From: Candidatus Xenobia bacterium
GTDB lineage: Bacteria; Vulcanimicrobiota; Xenobia; Xenobiales; QWHO01
Reading direction: 5' to 3'
Assembly (NCBI GenBank): GCA_045863235.1
Contig: BTUM01000001.1
Span: 288,001-352,000, forward strand
Length of the DNA: 64,000 bases
Part shown: positions 9,094 to 18,316 of the stretch, in pieces
Numbering within the stretch: the first letter of the stretch is position 1
Layout: each line of letters begins with the position of its first letter
The notes under the pieces: model-generated
The model's database searches: none
What the model was told of the DNA's origin: nothing
Seen by the model: the letters and a program-made list of their open reading frames with translations, nothing else
Program-made: the position numbers and the translations under genes

Positions 9094-10944
9094 ATGGCTA
9101 AAGTGGTAGGAATCGACCTGGGCACCACCAACTCGGTGGTGGCCATCATGGAGGGTGGCAAGCCCACCGTCATCGCCAATGCCGAGGGAAGCCGCACGAC
9201 GCCCTCGGTGGTGGGATTCAGCAAGTCGGGCGAACGGTTGGTTGGCGAGCTGGCCAAGCGCCAGGCCGTCAGCAACCCCGACCGCACCATCCGGTCGATC
9301 AAGCGCCACATGGGCACCGACTTCCGAGTCGAAATCGACGAGAAGAATTACTCGCCCGAGGAAATCTCGGCGATGATCCTGCAGAAGCTCAAGCATGACG
9401 CCGAGCAGTATCTGGGCGAGCAGGTCAAGCAGGCGGTCATCACGGTTCCAGCCTACTTCAATGACTCCCAGCGCCAGGCCACCAAGAACGCCGGCACCAT
9501 CGCCGGTCTGGACGTGCTGCGGATCATCAACGAGCCCACCGCGGCCGCCCTGGCTTACGGCCTGGACAAGCAGAACGAATCGTTGACCGTGGTCGTGTTC
9601 GACCTGGGCGGAGGCACCTTCGACGTCTCCGTGCTGGAGATCTCAGAAGGCGTCTTCGAGGTGAAAGCCACCGCCGGCGACACCCATCTGGGAGGCGACG
9701 ACTGGGACCACCGGGTCATGGAGTATGTGGCCGAGCAGTTCCAAAAGGAGAACGGCATCGACCTGCTGGCCGACAAGATGGCCGCCCAGCGCCTGCGCGA
9801 CGCCGCCGAGAAGGCCAAGATCGAGCTCAGCCAGGTGTCCCAGACCAACATCAATCTGCCCTTCATCACGGCCGACGCGTCCGGGCCCAAACACCTGGAT
9901 GTCACCCTCAGCCGCTCCAAGTTCGAAGAGCTGACCCACGATCTGCTCGACCGCTGCGCCGCTCCCTGTAAGCGCGCCCTGGACGATGCCAAAATCGAGA
10001 TTGCTGCCATCGACCGTGTGCTGCTGGTGGGCGGCTCGACCCGCATGCCGATGATCACCGAGTTCGTCAAGCGCCGCTTCGGCAAGGAGCCTTCCAAGGA
10101 CATCAACCCCGACGAATGCGTGGCTCTGGGCGCTGCAGTGCAAGGCGCCGTGCTCTCGGGTGAGGTCAAGGACGTGGTGCTGGTCGACGTCACCCCGCTC
10201 ACCCTCGGCATCGAGACGCTGGGCGGCGTGATGACCAAACTGATCCCGCGAAATACCGCCATCCCGACCTCCAAGGCCGAGACCTTCACCACCGCAGCCG
10301 ACATGCAGACCAGTGTCGAGGTGAACGTGCTCCAGGGCGAGCGCGAGCTGGCCCGGGACAATAAATCGCTGGGGACCTTCAAGCTCACGGACATCCCACC
10401 GGCCCCGCGCGGAGTGCCCCAGGTCGAGGTGACTTTCGACATCGACTCCAACGGCATCTTGAACGTGACCGCCAAGGACAAGGCCACGGGCAAGTCGCAG
10501 AAGATCACCATCACGGCCAGCACCAACCTCTCCAAGGATGACGTCGATCGCATGGTCCGCGAGGCCGACACCAACGCTCAGGAAGACAAACGTCGACGCG
10601 AGGAGATCGAGCTGAAGAACCAGGCTGACAGCCTCATCTACAGCTCGGAGAAAACCCTCAAGGACGCAGGCGACAAGGTGACGCCCGACCTGAGGGCCAA
10701 GGTGGAAACCGCACGCGAGAAGCTCAAGAACGCAGTGGAGGCTTCCAGCATCGATCAGGCCCAGGTCAAATCCGGCCTGGAGGAGCTGACCAACGCCATC
10801 TACGAGGTTTCCAAAATGCTCTACGGTCAACAGGGCGAGCCTGGTCCGCACGGTGGACCGGGTGGCCCCAACGGCGCTCAGGCATCCGAGAACGGCGCCA
10901 GCGAAGGTGACGTGGTGGATGCCGAATACGAGGTAAAGGACTGA
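9094..10944 (+). CDS. dnaK: Chaperone DnaK (Hsp70)
   Basis: [25 protein letters not shown] and GGSTRMP motifs; C-terminal VVDAEYE. Confidence 0.99.
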   Translation: MAKVVGIDLGTTNSVVAIMEGGKPTVIANAEGSRTTPSVVGFSKSGERLVGELAKRQAVSNPDRTIRSIKRHMGTDFRVEIDEKNYSPEEISAMILQKLKHDAEQYLGEQVKQAVITVPAYFNDSQRQATKNAGTIAGLDVLRIINEPTAAALAYGLDKQNESLTVVVFDLGGGTFDVSVLEISEGVFEVKATAGDTHLGGDDWDHRVMEYVAEQFQKENGIDLLADKMAAQRLRDAAEKAKIELSQVSQTNINLPFITADASGPKHLDVTLSRSKFEELTHDLLDRCAAPCKRALDDAKIEIAAIDRVLLVGGSTRMPMITEFVKRRFGKEPSKDINPDECVALGAAVQGAVLSGEVKDVVLVDVTPLTLGIETLGGVMTKLIPRNTAIPTSKAETFTTAADMQTSVEVNVLQGERELARDNKSLGTFKLTDIPPAPRGVPQVEVTFDIDSNGILNVTAKDKATGKSQKITITASTNLSKDDVDRMVREADTNAQEDKRRREEIELKNQADSLIYSSEKTLKDAGDKVTPDLRAKVETAREKLKNAVEASSIDQAQVKSGLEELTNAIYEVSKMLYGQQGEPGPHGGPGGPNGAQASENGASEGDVVDAEYEVKD

Positions 10945-10956
10945 GCCGACTCCTCG

Positions 10957-11934
10957 ATGGAGTTCAAGGACTACTATAAGACGCTGGGCGTTTCCAAGAC
11001 AGCCAGCGAAAAAGAGATCAAGCAAGCCTACCGCAAGCTTGCTCGCGAGAACCATCCCGATGTCAAGAAAGGCGACCGGGACGCCGAGGTCAAGTTCCGC
11101 GAGATCAACGAAGCCTACGAAGTGCTCTCCGACGCCGAGAAGCGTCAGAAGTACGACCAGCTCGGAATGTACTGGAACCAGCCCCAGGGCGGACCGCGCG
11201 GGGGTGGCCAGTGGTCGGGCGCCCAGGGGTTCGATTTCCAGGATCTCGGCGACCTCTTCGGCGGAGCCGGCGGCGGCTCAGGCTTCTCGAGCTTTTTCGA
11301 GCACTTCTTTGGCGGCCAGATGGGGGGCGGTGGCGGTGGTCGAGGGCGCGGCCGGGGTCCGCAAAAGCCCCCCGAAAGCGAGGCCGAGATCGAGGTCTCT
11401 TTGGAGGAAGCCATCCAGGGCAGCACGCGCACGCTGACCCTGGACCAGCGCGAGGCCTGTCCCCAGTGCCACGGCTCGGGCCTGACCGACCAGGGGATCT
11501 GCCCCACCTGTCGTGGCCAGGGCCAACTGCGCCGCCCCCAGACCCTCGAGGTCAAGATTCCAGCCGGCGTCAAGGACGGCTCCAAAATTCGCCTGCGCGA
11601 GCACAGCCTGGTGCTGGTCATGCGTCTCAAGCCCGACCCGGTCTACGAGGTGAAGGGTCACGACCTGCACCGCGAGGTGCCGGTGCCGGTCTACACGGCC
11701 GTACTGGGCGGCAAGGTAAACTTCCGCACCCCTCGCGGCCAGGTCGACCTGAAGATCCCACCCCGTACTCAGGCCGGCCGGCAGTTTCGCCTGACCGGCC
11801 AGGGGCTGCCTCGCATGAAAGGCGAGCCGGCCGGCGACCTCTACGCCCGCGTCAAGCTCGACGTGCCCGGCGACCTCTCCAGCGAGGAGCTTGAGCTGAT
11901 CGAGCGCTGGAAGGCCCTGCGCAACGGGAACTAA
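10957..11934 (+). CDS. dnaJ: DnaJ-family co-chaperone
   Basis: J domain (DYYKTLGV, HPD), G/F-rich linker, two CxxCxGxG repeats, C-terminal domain. Confidence 0.9.
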   Translation: MEFKDYYKTLGVSKTASEKEIKQAYRKLARENHPDVKKGDRDAEVKFREINEAYEVLSDAEKRQKYDQLGMYWNQPQGGPRGGGQWSGAQGFDFQDLGDLFGGAGGGSGFSSFFEHFFGGQMGGGGGGRGRGRGPQKPPESEAEIEVSLEEAIQGSTRTLTLDQREACPQCHGSGLTDQGICPTCRGQGQLRRPQTLEVKIPAGVKDGSKIRLREHSLVLVMRLKPDPVYEVKGHDLHREVPVPVYTAVLGGKVNFRTPRGQVDLKIPPRTQAGRQFRLTGQGLPRMKGEPAGDLYARVKLDVPGDLSSEELELIERWKALRNGN

Positions 11935-11990
11935 CCCGGTCGCTCGGACGTCTTTGAAAACGAACTTCTGAAACCGGAGGTGGATTACTC

Positions 11991-13097
11991 TTGAATCCAA
12001 TTCAAAGAGGCCGCCTGGTGGCCTCGACACTCAGTCTTGTCCTGATTGTGGGGCTTATGCTGGGGGCCTTTCAACTGGGAGCACGCTATGCCGTCGCCCA
12101 GCCAAAAGATGAGACCCAGGCCCAGGTGCAGCGCGAGCTGGGTACCTTTGCCCGGCTGGCCAAACAGCTCAAGCCTTCGGTGGTCAACATCTCGGTCGTC
12201 AAACAGCGTCGATTTGCGCTGGAAAACCCATTCCTGGACGCGGAGCCCAGCTCCGGTCAGGGAAGCGGCGTGATCATCAGCCCTGATGGCTACGTGCTGA
12301 CCAATAACCACGTGGTGGCAGAGCGCGGCGAAGTGCGCGTGACCTTGATGGACGACACCGAGCTGAAAGCCACCCTGGTGGGCACCGATCCCAACACCGA
12401 TCTGGCTCTGCTCAAGTTGAGCGCGGACAGGCCTCTGCCGGCCGCTCGTCTGGGCGACTCAAAAGCCATGGAGGTAGGTGACTGGGTCATGGCCATCGGC
12501 AACCCCTTTGGCCTGGAGGCTACCGTGACCGTGGGAGTGCTGAGCGGCACGGGCCGCACCATCGGGGCCAGCCCCTACGACGACTTTCTACAGACCGACG
12601 CAGCCATCAATCCGGGCAACTCGGGCGGGCCGCTCTTCAACACCGCCGGCGAAGTGGTTGGGATCAATACGGCCATCCTGCCCGCCGGCCAGGGCATCGG
12701 CTTTGCCGTGCCCATCAATCTGGCCCGGGAGGTCGTCGAGCAGCTCAAGCAGCAGGGCAAGGTGGTGCGCGGCTTTGTGGGCATCGGCATCGCCCCTATC
12801 ACGGCTGAGGTGCGCGAGAAGCTCAGCCTGGCGCCCGACCAGCGAGGCGCCCTGGTGGCCAGTGTCATCCCGGGCGGACCGGCCGAGCAAGCCGGAGCCC
12901 AGGTGCAGGACGTGGTGACCGGCATCAATGGGCGCGCGGTGGATTCGGATCGCGACCTGCTCAACCAGATCGCGGCCACCCCGGTGGGCTCAACGGCCGA
13001 TCTCAACGTGCTGCGCGACGGGAGGCAGGTCACCCTGAAGGTCAGTGTGGCAGAGCGTCCCGAGCAGGTGCGCAACCGGGTGCGGGTGCGTCGCTGA
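11991..13097 (+). CDS. HtrA/DegP-family serine protease with one PDZ domain
   Basis: TNNHVV, DLAL and GNSGGPL triad motifs; N-terminal TM segment; C-terminal PDZ. Confidence 0.95.
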   Translation: MNPIQRGRLVASTLSLVLIVGLMLGAFQLGARYAVAQPKDETQAQVQRELGTFARLAKQLKPSVVNISVVKQRRFALENPFLDAEPSSGQGSGVIISPDGYVLTNNHVVAERGEVRVTLMDDTELKATLVGTDPNTDLALLKLSADRPLPAARLGDSKAMEVGDWVMAIGNPFGLEATVTVGVLSGTGRTIGASPYDDFLQTDAAINPGNSGGPLFNTAGEVVGINTAILPAGQGIGFAVPINLAREVVEQLKQQGKVVRGFVGIGIAPITAEVREKLSLAPDQRGALVASVIPGGPAEQAGAQVQDVVTGINGRAVDSDRDLLNQIAATPVGSTADLNVLRDGRQVTLKVSVAERPEQVRNRVRVRR

Positions 13098-13192
13098 AAC
13101 TTCGTCGCCTTGACCGTGCCACGAAACGTGCGGTGAGAAACTTGTTTCGAACCGCTTCCAAAGTGTTGTGGCACGGGCGAGGCGACGAAGTT
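13098..13192. repeat. Long imperfect inverted repeat (about 95-nt hairpin)
   Basis: Arms 13098-13122 and 13168-13192 are reverse complements at 23 of 25 positions, with an inner stem. Confidence 0.8.
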
Positions 13193-13366
13193 CTACCTCT
13201 TGAGAATTCATCGCACAGTCAATGCGCGGGACTGTAGTGTGCTCACACCCTGGTTTTGCACATTAGCAGGCGCCCCGGCTCCGACAGCTTCAGCGACGAC
13301 CAGAAGCGGTCGACAATTTCTCCGCTCGAGCAGGCGTAGCCCCTTCGGGCGCTAAACTCCCCGCCC

Positions 13367-14734
13367 ATGCCCCCGCGCCGACCGCTGACCTCGCAAGAGC
13401 CCTCTTTGTTCGACTCGAGCTTCGACCCCAAAGCACCGCTGGCCGCCCGCATGCGACCTCGCAACCTGGACGAGTATGTAGGCCAGCAGCACCTGCTGGG
13501 GCCGGGCAAAATGCTGCGCCGGGCCATCGAGCAAGACAACCTGCACAGTTCGATGATCCTGTATGGCCCTCCCGGCACGGGCAAGACGAGTCTGGCCCGG
13601 GTCATCTCCCTGCACACCCGGGCCGAGTTCTTCACCTTGAGCGCGGTCCTCTCGGGTGTGGCCGACCTTCGCCGCGAGGTGGCCCGGGCGGCCGAGCTCA
13701 AGCAGTCGGGGCGGCGCAGCATCCTGCTGGTGGATGAGATCCACCGCTTCAACAAGGCCCAGCAGGACGCGTTGCTGCCGCATGTGGAGGATGGAACCAT
13801 CCTGCTGATCGGCGCCACCACCGAGAACCCGTTCTTCGAGGTGATCGGAGCCCTGGTGAGCCGCAGCCGCATCTTTCGTCTGCAGGCTTTGACCGAGTCC
13901 GACCTGGAGCACATGCTGCGCCGCGCCCTGACCGACGAGCGCGGCTACGGCGGTCGCGGCGTGGAGGCTCAGGACGAAGCGCTCAAGTTTCTGGCCGAGA
14001 TGGCCGGGGGCGACGCCCGCACCGCCCTGAACGCGCTGGAGCTGGCTGTGGAATCGGCCCCGGGCGAGCCAGTCACGCTGGAGCGAGCCCAGGAGGCCCT
14101 GCAACGCAAGGCCCTGCGCTATGACGCCAGCGGTGATCTGCACTACGACACCGTCTCGGCCTTCATCAAGTCTGTGCGCGGCTCGGATGTGGACGCTTCG
14201 CTCTTCTACCTGGCCCGAATGCTGGAAGCGGGCGAGGATCCCCGTTTCATCATGCGGCGTCTCTTCATCCTGGCCGGCGAGGATGTCGGTCTGGCGGACC
14301 CCCAGGGGGTCGTGATCGTGGCCTCCTGCGCTCGGGCCCTGGAGTGGTGCGGGTTGCCCGAAGCCCGGTATCACCTGGCCATGGCCACCGTCTACCTGGC
14401 GGCCGCCCCCAAATCCAACAGCATGACAGGTTACTTCGCCGCTGAGGCCGCCGCCCTCGAGCACCCCGACGCTCCCGTGCCGGTCCACCTGCGCGATGCT
14501 CACTACAAGGGTGCCGCCCGACTCGGACACGGCAAGGGCTACCGCTACCCGCACGACTTTCCAGGCCACTGGACGGCCCAGCAGTACCTGCCCGACAAGC
14601 TCGCGGGCCGTCAGTTCTACCAGCCCGGCCCGCTTGGCTACGAGCAAAAGATCGCCCAGCGACTTCAGGTCTACCGTCCCTCCCAAGAAGGAAGCATGGG
14701 CGGGCCGGGTGGAAGTTCACCCCAACCAGGATAA
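13367..14734 (+). CDS. rarA: Replication-associated recombination protein A (RarA/MgsA) AAA+ ATPase
   Basis: PLAARMRP, GPPGTGKT, DEIHRFNKAQQD, GATTENP, SAFIKSVRGSD and GYRYPHD motifs. Confidence 0.96.
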   Translation: MPPRRPLTSQEPSLFDSSFDPKAPLAARMRPRNLDEYVGQQHLLGPGKMLRRAIEQDNLHSSMILYGPPGTGKTSLARVISLHTRAEFFTLSAVLSGVADLRREVARAAELKQSGRRSILLVDEIHRFNKAQQDALLPHVEDGTILLIGATTENPFFEVIGALVSRSRIFRLQALTESDLEHMLRRALTDERGYGGRGVEAQDEALKFLAEMAGGDARTALNALELAVESAPGEPVTLERAQEALQRKALRYDASGDLHYDTVSAFIKSVRGSDVDASLFYLARMLEAGEDPRFIMRRLFILAGEDVGLADPQGVVIVASCARALEWCGLPEARYHLAMATVYLAAAPKSNSMTGYFAAEAAALEHPDAPVPVHLRDAHYKGAARLGHGKGYRYPHDFPGHWTAQQYLPDKLAGRQFYQPGPLGYEQKIAQRLQVYRPSQEGSMGGPGGSSPQPG

Positions 14735-14748
14735 AGGAGCCCGCAGCC

Positions 14749-15129
14749 CTGTACAACATCGCTTCTCGGCTGAACCAGATCCGCCAGGCCATCGACCAGG
14801 TGCTCTCGGGCGAAATGAGCCCGGAAGCCTTCCGCGACTTTTTGAACACCACCCACGAAGCTCTGCTCGAGAAGGGCCGCGCCAACCGCGAATGGCTCGA
14901 GGAAAGCGGCTACGCCGCCTCGGCACCGGCCGAAGCCGAGCAGGCCTACGCCGCCATGGATCTCTACGAGGAGGGCATGACCGAAATTCGCCGTTACCTC
15001 GACGACCAGAACCCCCAGCACCTCGAGGACGGGTTCAACCTCTGCAAAGACGGCAACACCAAGATGAACAAGGCCATGACCATCAACCGCGATAGCTACG
15101 AGGAGCTGGAAATCAACTTCCAGATGTAG
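14749..15129 (+). CDS. Hypothetical helical protein
   Basis: ORF 14800..15129 extends in frame to a CTG at 14749, 9 nt after an AAAGGAG RBS. Confidence 0.65.
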   Translation: MYNIASRLNQIRQAIDQVLSGEMSPEAFRDFLNTTHEALLEKGRANREWLEESGYAASAPAEAEQAYAAMDLYEEGMTEIRRYLDDQNPQHLEDGFNLCKDGNTKMNKAMTINRDSYEELEINFQM

Positions 15130-15132
15130 CTC

Positions 15133-16527
15133 CTGGACCTCACCCGCGAACCGCTTCAGCGGGCTCTGCTGCGCCTTTCGCTCCCGATCATGGGAGCGAT
15201 GTTGCTCGAGACCCTGTTCAATCTGCTCAATGCCTTCTGGGTCGGCAAGTTGGGCACGCTGGCTTTCGCCGCCGTCAACCTGGCCAGCTTCACGGTCTGG
15301 CTCCTGTTTGCCCTGGCGGCCATCGTCACCACCGGCACCAATTCGGTGGTGGCTCAGCGCATCGGAGCTGGCGATCCGGTGCAGGCGCGGCGGGCCGCCC
15401 ACGTGGGCATCCTCACCTCCTTTTGCCTGGGCGTCGTGGTGGCTTTTCCCGTGCTCCTCTTCTCCGACGACTTGCTGGGCTGGATGGCGGGGAACACCCC
15501 GGAGGGCCGCGAGGCGGTGCGCATCGGCACGGGCTATCTCGGTCTGATCTTCCTCTGGGCTCCCATCCACTGCCTCAACGATACCCTGTCGGCCATCTTC
15601 CGGGCCGCCGGCGACACGCGCACCCCGCTGCGAGTTTACGCGTTCGGCTTTGCGGTCAACTTCGTACTCGATCCCCTGCTGATCTTCGGACTGGGACCAT
15701 TTCCGCGACTGGAAGTGGTGGGCGCAGCCCTGGCCACGAATCTATCCTTCACTCTGGTCACGGTCCTCTACGTTACCCGGCTCAAGGACCTCCCCTTCCA
15801 ACTCGGGCGCCGTCCCGGAGAGGACCTGCGCAAGGTGTTCAGCCGCCACTGGCTCTATGAGATCTTGCGCATCGGTATCCCCCCCTCCATAGCGTTCGTG
15901 ACCTTCTGCCTGGTCTACATGCTGATCGCCCCCATCGTCGGGGCGTTCGGTCCCGCGGCCCTGGCCGCGCTGGGTATCGGTCATCGCTGCGAAAGCCTGT
16001 CTTATCTTGTCTGCCACGGCCTCTCGCTGGCCGCCATCACGCTGGTGGGGCAGAACATCGGCGCCGGAGAGTTGGAGCGGGCTCGCCGGGCCGCTTGGGT
16101 GGCGGTACGCATCGTCATGCTGGCCAGTCTGGGGACGACCACCCTTTACCTGGTGGGCGCGCCCCTGTGGGTGAGCCTGTTCTCGAGCGACCCCGAAGTG
16201 CTGGCCGTGGGAGTTCCTTATCTTCGCATCATGGCCTTCGCCCAACTGCCCATGGGGGTGGCCATGGTGCTGCAGGGCGCGTTCTCGGGGGCGGGCGTGA
16301 CCGTGCCGCCCACCATCGTGGCCACCACCTCAGCTCTGCTGCGCGTCCCGCTGGCCCGCTGGCTGGCCCTCACCAACGGGCTGGGGCTGAACAGCATCTG
16401 GTGGGCCATCGTGGGCCTTACCTCGTTGCAGAGTCTGGTGATGGCCGCCCTGTTCCATGCCGGCCTCTGGAGGAAAGGGGGAAGGCGGCTTGAACCGCCC
16501 TCCAACCCAACCGGAGGAACGCCATGA
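15133..16527 (+). CDS. MATE-family efflux transporter
   Basis: About 12 TM segments; RAAGDTRTP, NFVLDPLLIFG and GQNIGAG motifs. The MATE-type N-terminus (DLTREPLQRALLRLSLP) lies upstream of ATG 15190, implying a CTG start at 15133. Confidence 0.92.
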   Translation: MDLTREPLQRALLRLSLPIMGAMLLETLFNLLNAFWVGKLGTLAFAAVNLASFTVWLLFALAAIVTTGTNSVVAQRIGAGDPVQARRAAHVGILTSFCLGVVVAFPVLLFSDDLLGWMAGNTPEGREAVRIGTGYLGLIFLWAPIHCLNDTLSAIFRAAGDTRTPLRVYAFGFAVNFVLDPLLIFGLGPFPRLEVVGAALATNLSFTLVTVLYVTRLKDLPFQLGRRPGEDLRKVFSRHWLYEILRIGIPPSIAFVTFCLVYMLIAPIVGAFGPAALAALGIGHRCESLSYLVCHGLSLAAITLVGQNIGAGELERARRAAWVAVRIVMLASLGTTTLYLVGAPLWVSLFSSDPEVLAVGVPYLRIMAFAQLPMGVAMVLQGAFSGAGVTVPPTIVATTSALLRVPLARWLALTNGLGLNSIWWAIVGLTSLQSLVMAALFHAGLWRKGGRRLEPPSNPTGGTP

Positions 16528-17456
16528 AGACCTTATTCGGCCGCCACTTTCTCAGCTTCGACGAGTTGAGCTTCGATCAGATCATGCAGCTTTTCAAAAC
16601 CGCCGAGCTGCTCAAGGCCGAGACCCGCATGCGTCGATTCCAACCCCTGCTGGCCAACCGCACACTGGGCATGATCTTCGAGCAGACCTCCACCCGCACG
16701 CGAGTGAGCTTCGAGGTGGGCATGCGCCAGTTGGGCGGGCACGCGCTCTTTTTGTCGGCCAACGACCTCAAGCTGGCCAAGGGCGAGCCGATCTCGGATA
16801 CCTCGCGCGTGCTTTCGCGCATGCTCGACGCCATCATGGCGCGCATCTTCAGCCAGGCCAACCTGGAAACGCTGGCCGCCTACTCCAGCGTGCCGGTCAT
16901 CAATGCCATGACGGACATGTATCACCCCTGCCAGGCGCTGGCTGACATCTTCACCATCTGGGAGAAGAGGGGCAAGCTCGAAGGGCTCAAGTTTGCTTAC
17001 CTGGGCGACGGCAACAACGTGTGCCACACTGCCCTGATCAGCTGCGCCAAAGTGGGCATGAACGTCTATAGCGCCAGCCCCGAAGGGCATGATCCCGATC
17101 CGGCCGTGGTGGAGCGCTGCCGCGAGTACGCCCGGGCCTGGGGCTCGGAGGTCAAGCTCGTACGCGATCCCAGGGAGGCCTTCCAGGATGCCGACGTCAT
17201 CTACACCGATGTCTGGCTCAGCCCGGGCCAGCAGGGCAGCGAAGAAGAGCGCAAGGCCAAATTCATGCCCTATCAGGTCAACAAAGGGGCCATGAAACTG
17301 GCGCATCCCAAGTGCCTGTTCATGCACTGCCTGCCCGCCAAGAGGGAACTGGAAGTGACCGAAGAGGTCTTCGAAAGCGAGAACTCGGTGGTGTTCGAGG
17401 AGGCTGAGAACCGACTGCACGCTCAGAAAGCTCTCCTGGTACACCTCATTCCTTGA
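16524..17456 (+). CDS. argF: Ornithine carbamoyltransferase
   Basis: STRTR, HPCQ, GDGNNV, FMHCLP and AENRLH motifs. Confidence 0.9.
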   Translation: MKTLFGRHFLSFDELSFDQIMQLFKTAELLKAETRMRRFQPLLANRTLGMIFEQTSTRTRVSFEVGMRQLGGHALFLSANDLKLAKGEPISDTSRVLSRMLDAIMARIFSQANLETLAAYSSVPVINAMTDMYHPCQALADIFTIWEKRGKLEGLKFAYLGDGNNVCHTALISCAKVGMNVYSASPEGHDPDPAVVERCREYARAWGSEVKLVRDPREAFQDADVIYTDVWLSPGQQGSEEERKAKFMPYQVNKGAMKLAHPKCLFMHCLPAKRELEVTEEVFESENSVVFEEAENRLHAQKALLVHLIP

Positions 17457-17592
17457 TCCCCGGCTCATGGAACAACATCTGTCAGGGGCGGAGGCGAGGG
17501 TAGAAGCCACCCAGCAGGGGGGTTGACGGCCCGTCTTCCAGGCTAGGAGCGCAGCCGGACCCCCTGCTCGACAATCTGTTGAGCGCAGGATG

Positions 17593-18312
17593 CTAGGGCT
17601 TCACCGCCAGGGCCACCAGCGAAAGACCGATGGGCAGCCCCGGACCGAGCACTACCGGCACCTCGGCGTAACAAAGCTGCGTAAGAGCCCAATTGACGGG
17701 TCGAGAGGGGATGCTCATCTCGACATGCGGCCGGCGCGGCAGGAGGGCCACCGCGAGGCGCACCCCGATCACTATCGGCAGCACCAGCATATTGACATAG
17801 GAGGCGTGCAGCAAACGGAAACCCGCCCTCTGGATGCGCTCTACCAGCTGACCCCGATAGTAACGTCGCTGGTGCTGCACGATGCGGTCGTGCTCGCCAT
17901 ACAGCCAGGGCAGGGCAGGCGTGTAGATCAGCAGCGCGCCCGAGGGGGCCAGCACCCGGTTCCACTCGCGCAGCGCTCCCTCGTCGTCGGCAATGTGCTC
18001 GATCACGTCAAAGGCTGTCACCAGGCCAAAGTGGCGGTCGGGGAAGGGAAGCTTCTCGGCACTCGCCTCCTGAACCCGTTGGGCGCCCCGCTTGCGACAG
18101 TAGTCCAGAGCCTCGGGAAAGGGATCCACCCCGTACGTTTCGCCGAACTCTTCCAAGAGCATGAGATTGTAGCCCGTGCCACAACCCACATCCAGCACCC
18201 GTCCTCGGGGGGCGTGACGGCGCAAGAGCTCGAAGCAGACGGTCCGGCGGCCACGATACCACCACATGTCCTGCTCGATCTCCCAGATCCGATCATAGGC
18301 AATCGCTTCCAT
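17593..18312 (-). CDS. Class I SAM-dependent methyltransferase
   Basis: VLDVGCGTG, FDVIEH and HQRRY motifs. Confidence 0.9.
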   Translation of the reverse strand: MEAIAYDRIWEIEQDMWWYRGRRTVCFELLRRHAPRGRVLDVGCGTGYNLMLLEEFGETYGVDPFPEALDYCRKRGAQRVQEASAEKLPFPDRHFGLVTAFDVIEHIADDEGALREWNRVLAPSGALLIYTPALPWLYGEHDRIVQHQRRYYRGQLVERIQRAGFRLLHASYVNMLVLPIVIGVRLAVALLPRRPHVEMSIPSRPVNWALTQLCYAEVPVVLGPGLPIGLSLVALAVKP

Positions 18313-18316
18313 CTGG

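Noticed and set aside
15124..15135. In-frame TAG between the hypothetical ORF and MATE (likewise HTH protein/ADH at 59409-59414) as stop read-through or recoding
   Set aside because: TAG terminates many conserved genes here (rplM, rpsI, lexA, ychF). The downstream proteins have normal family N-termini starting at CTG, and the fusions make no functional sense.
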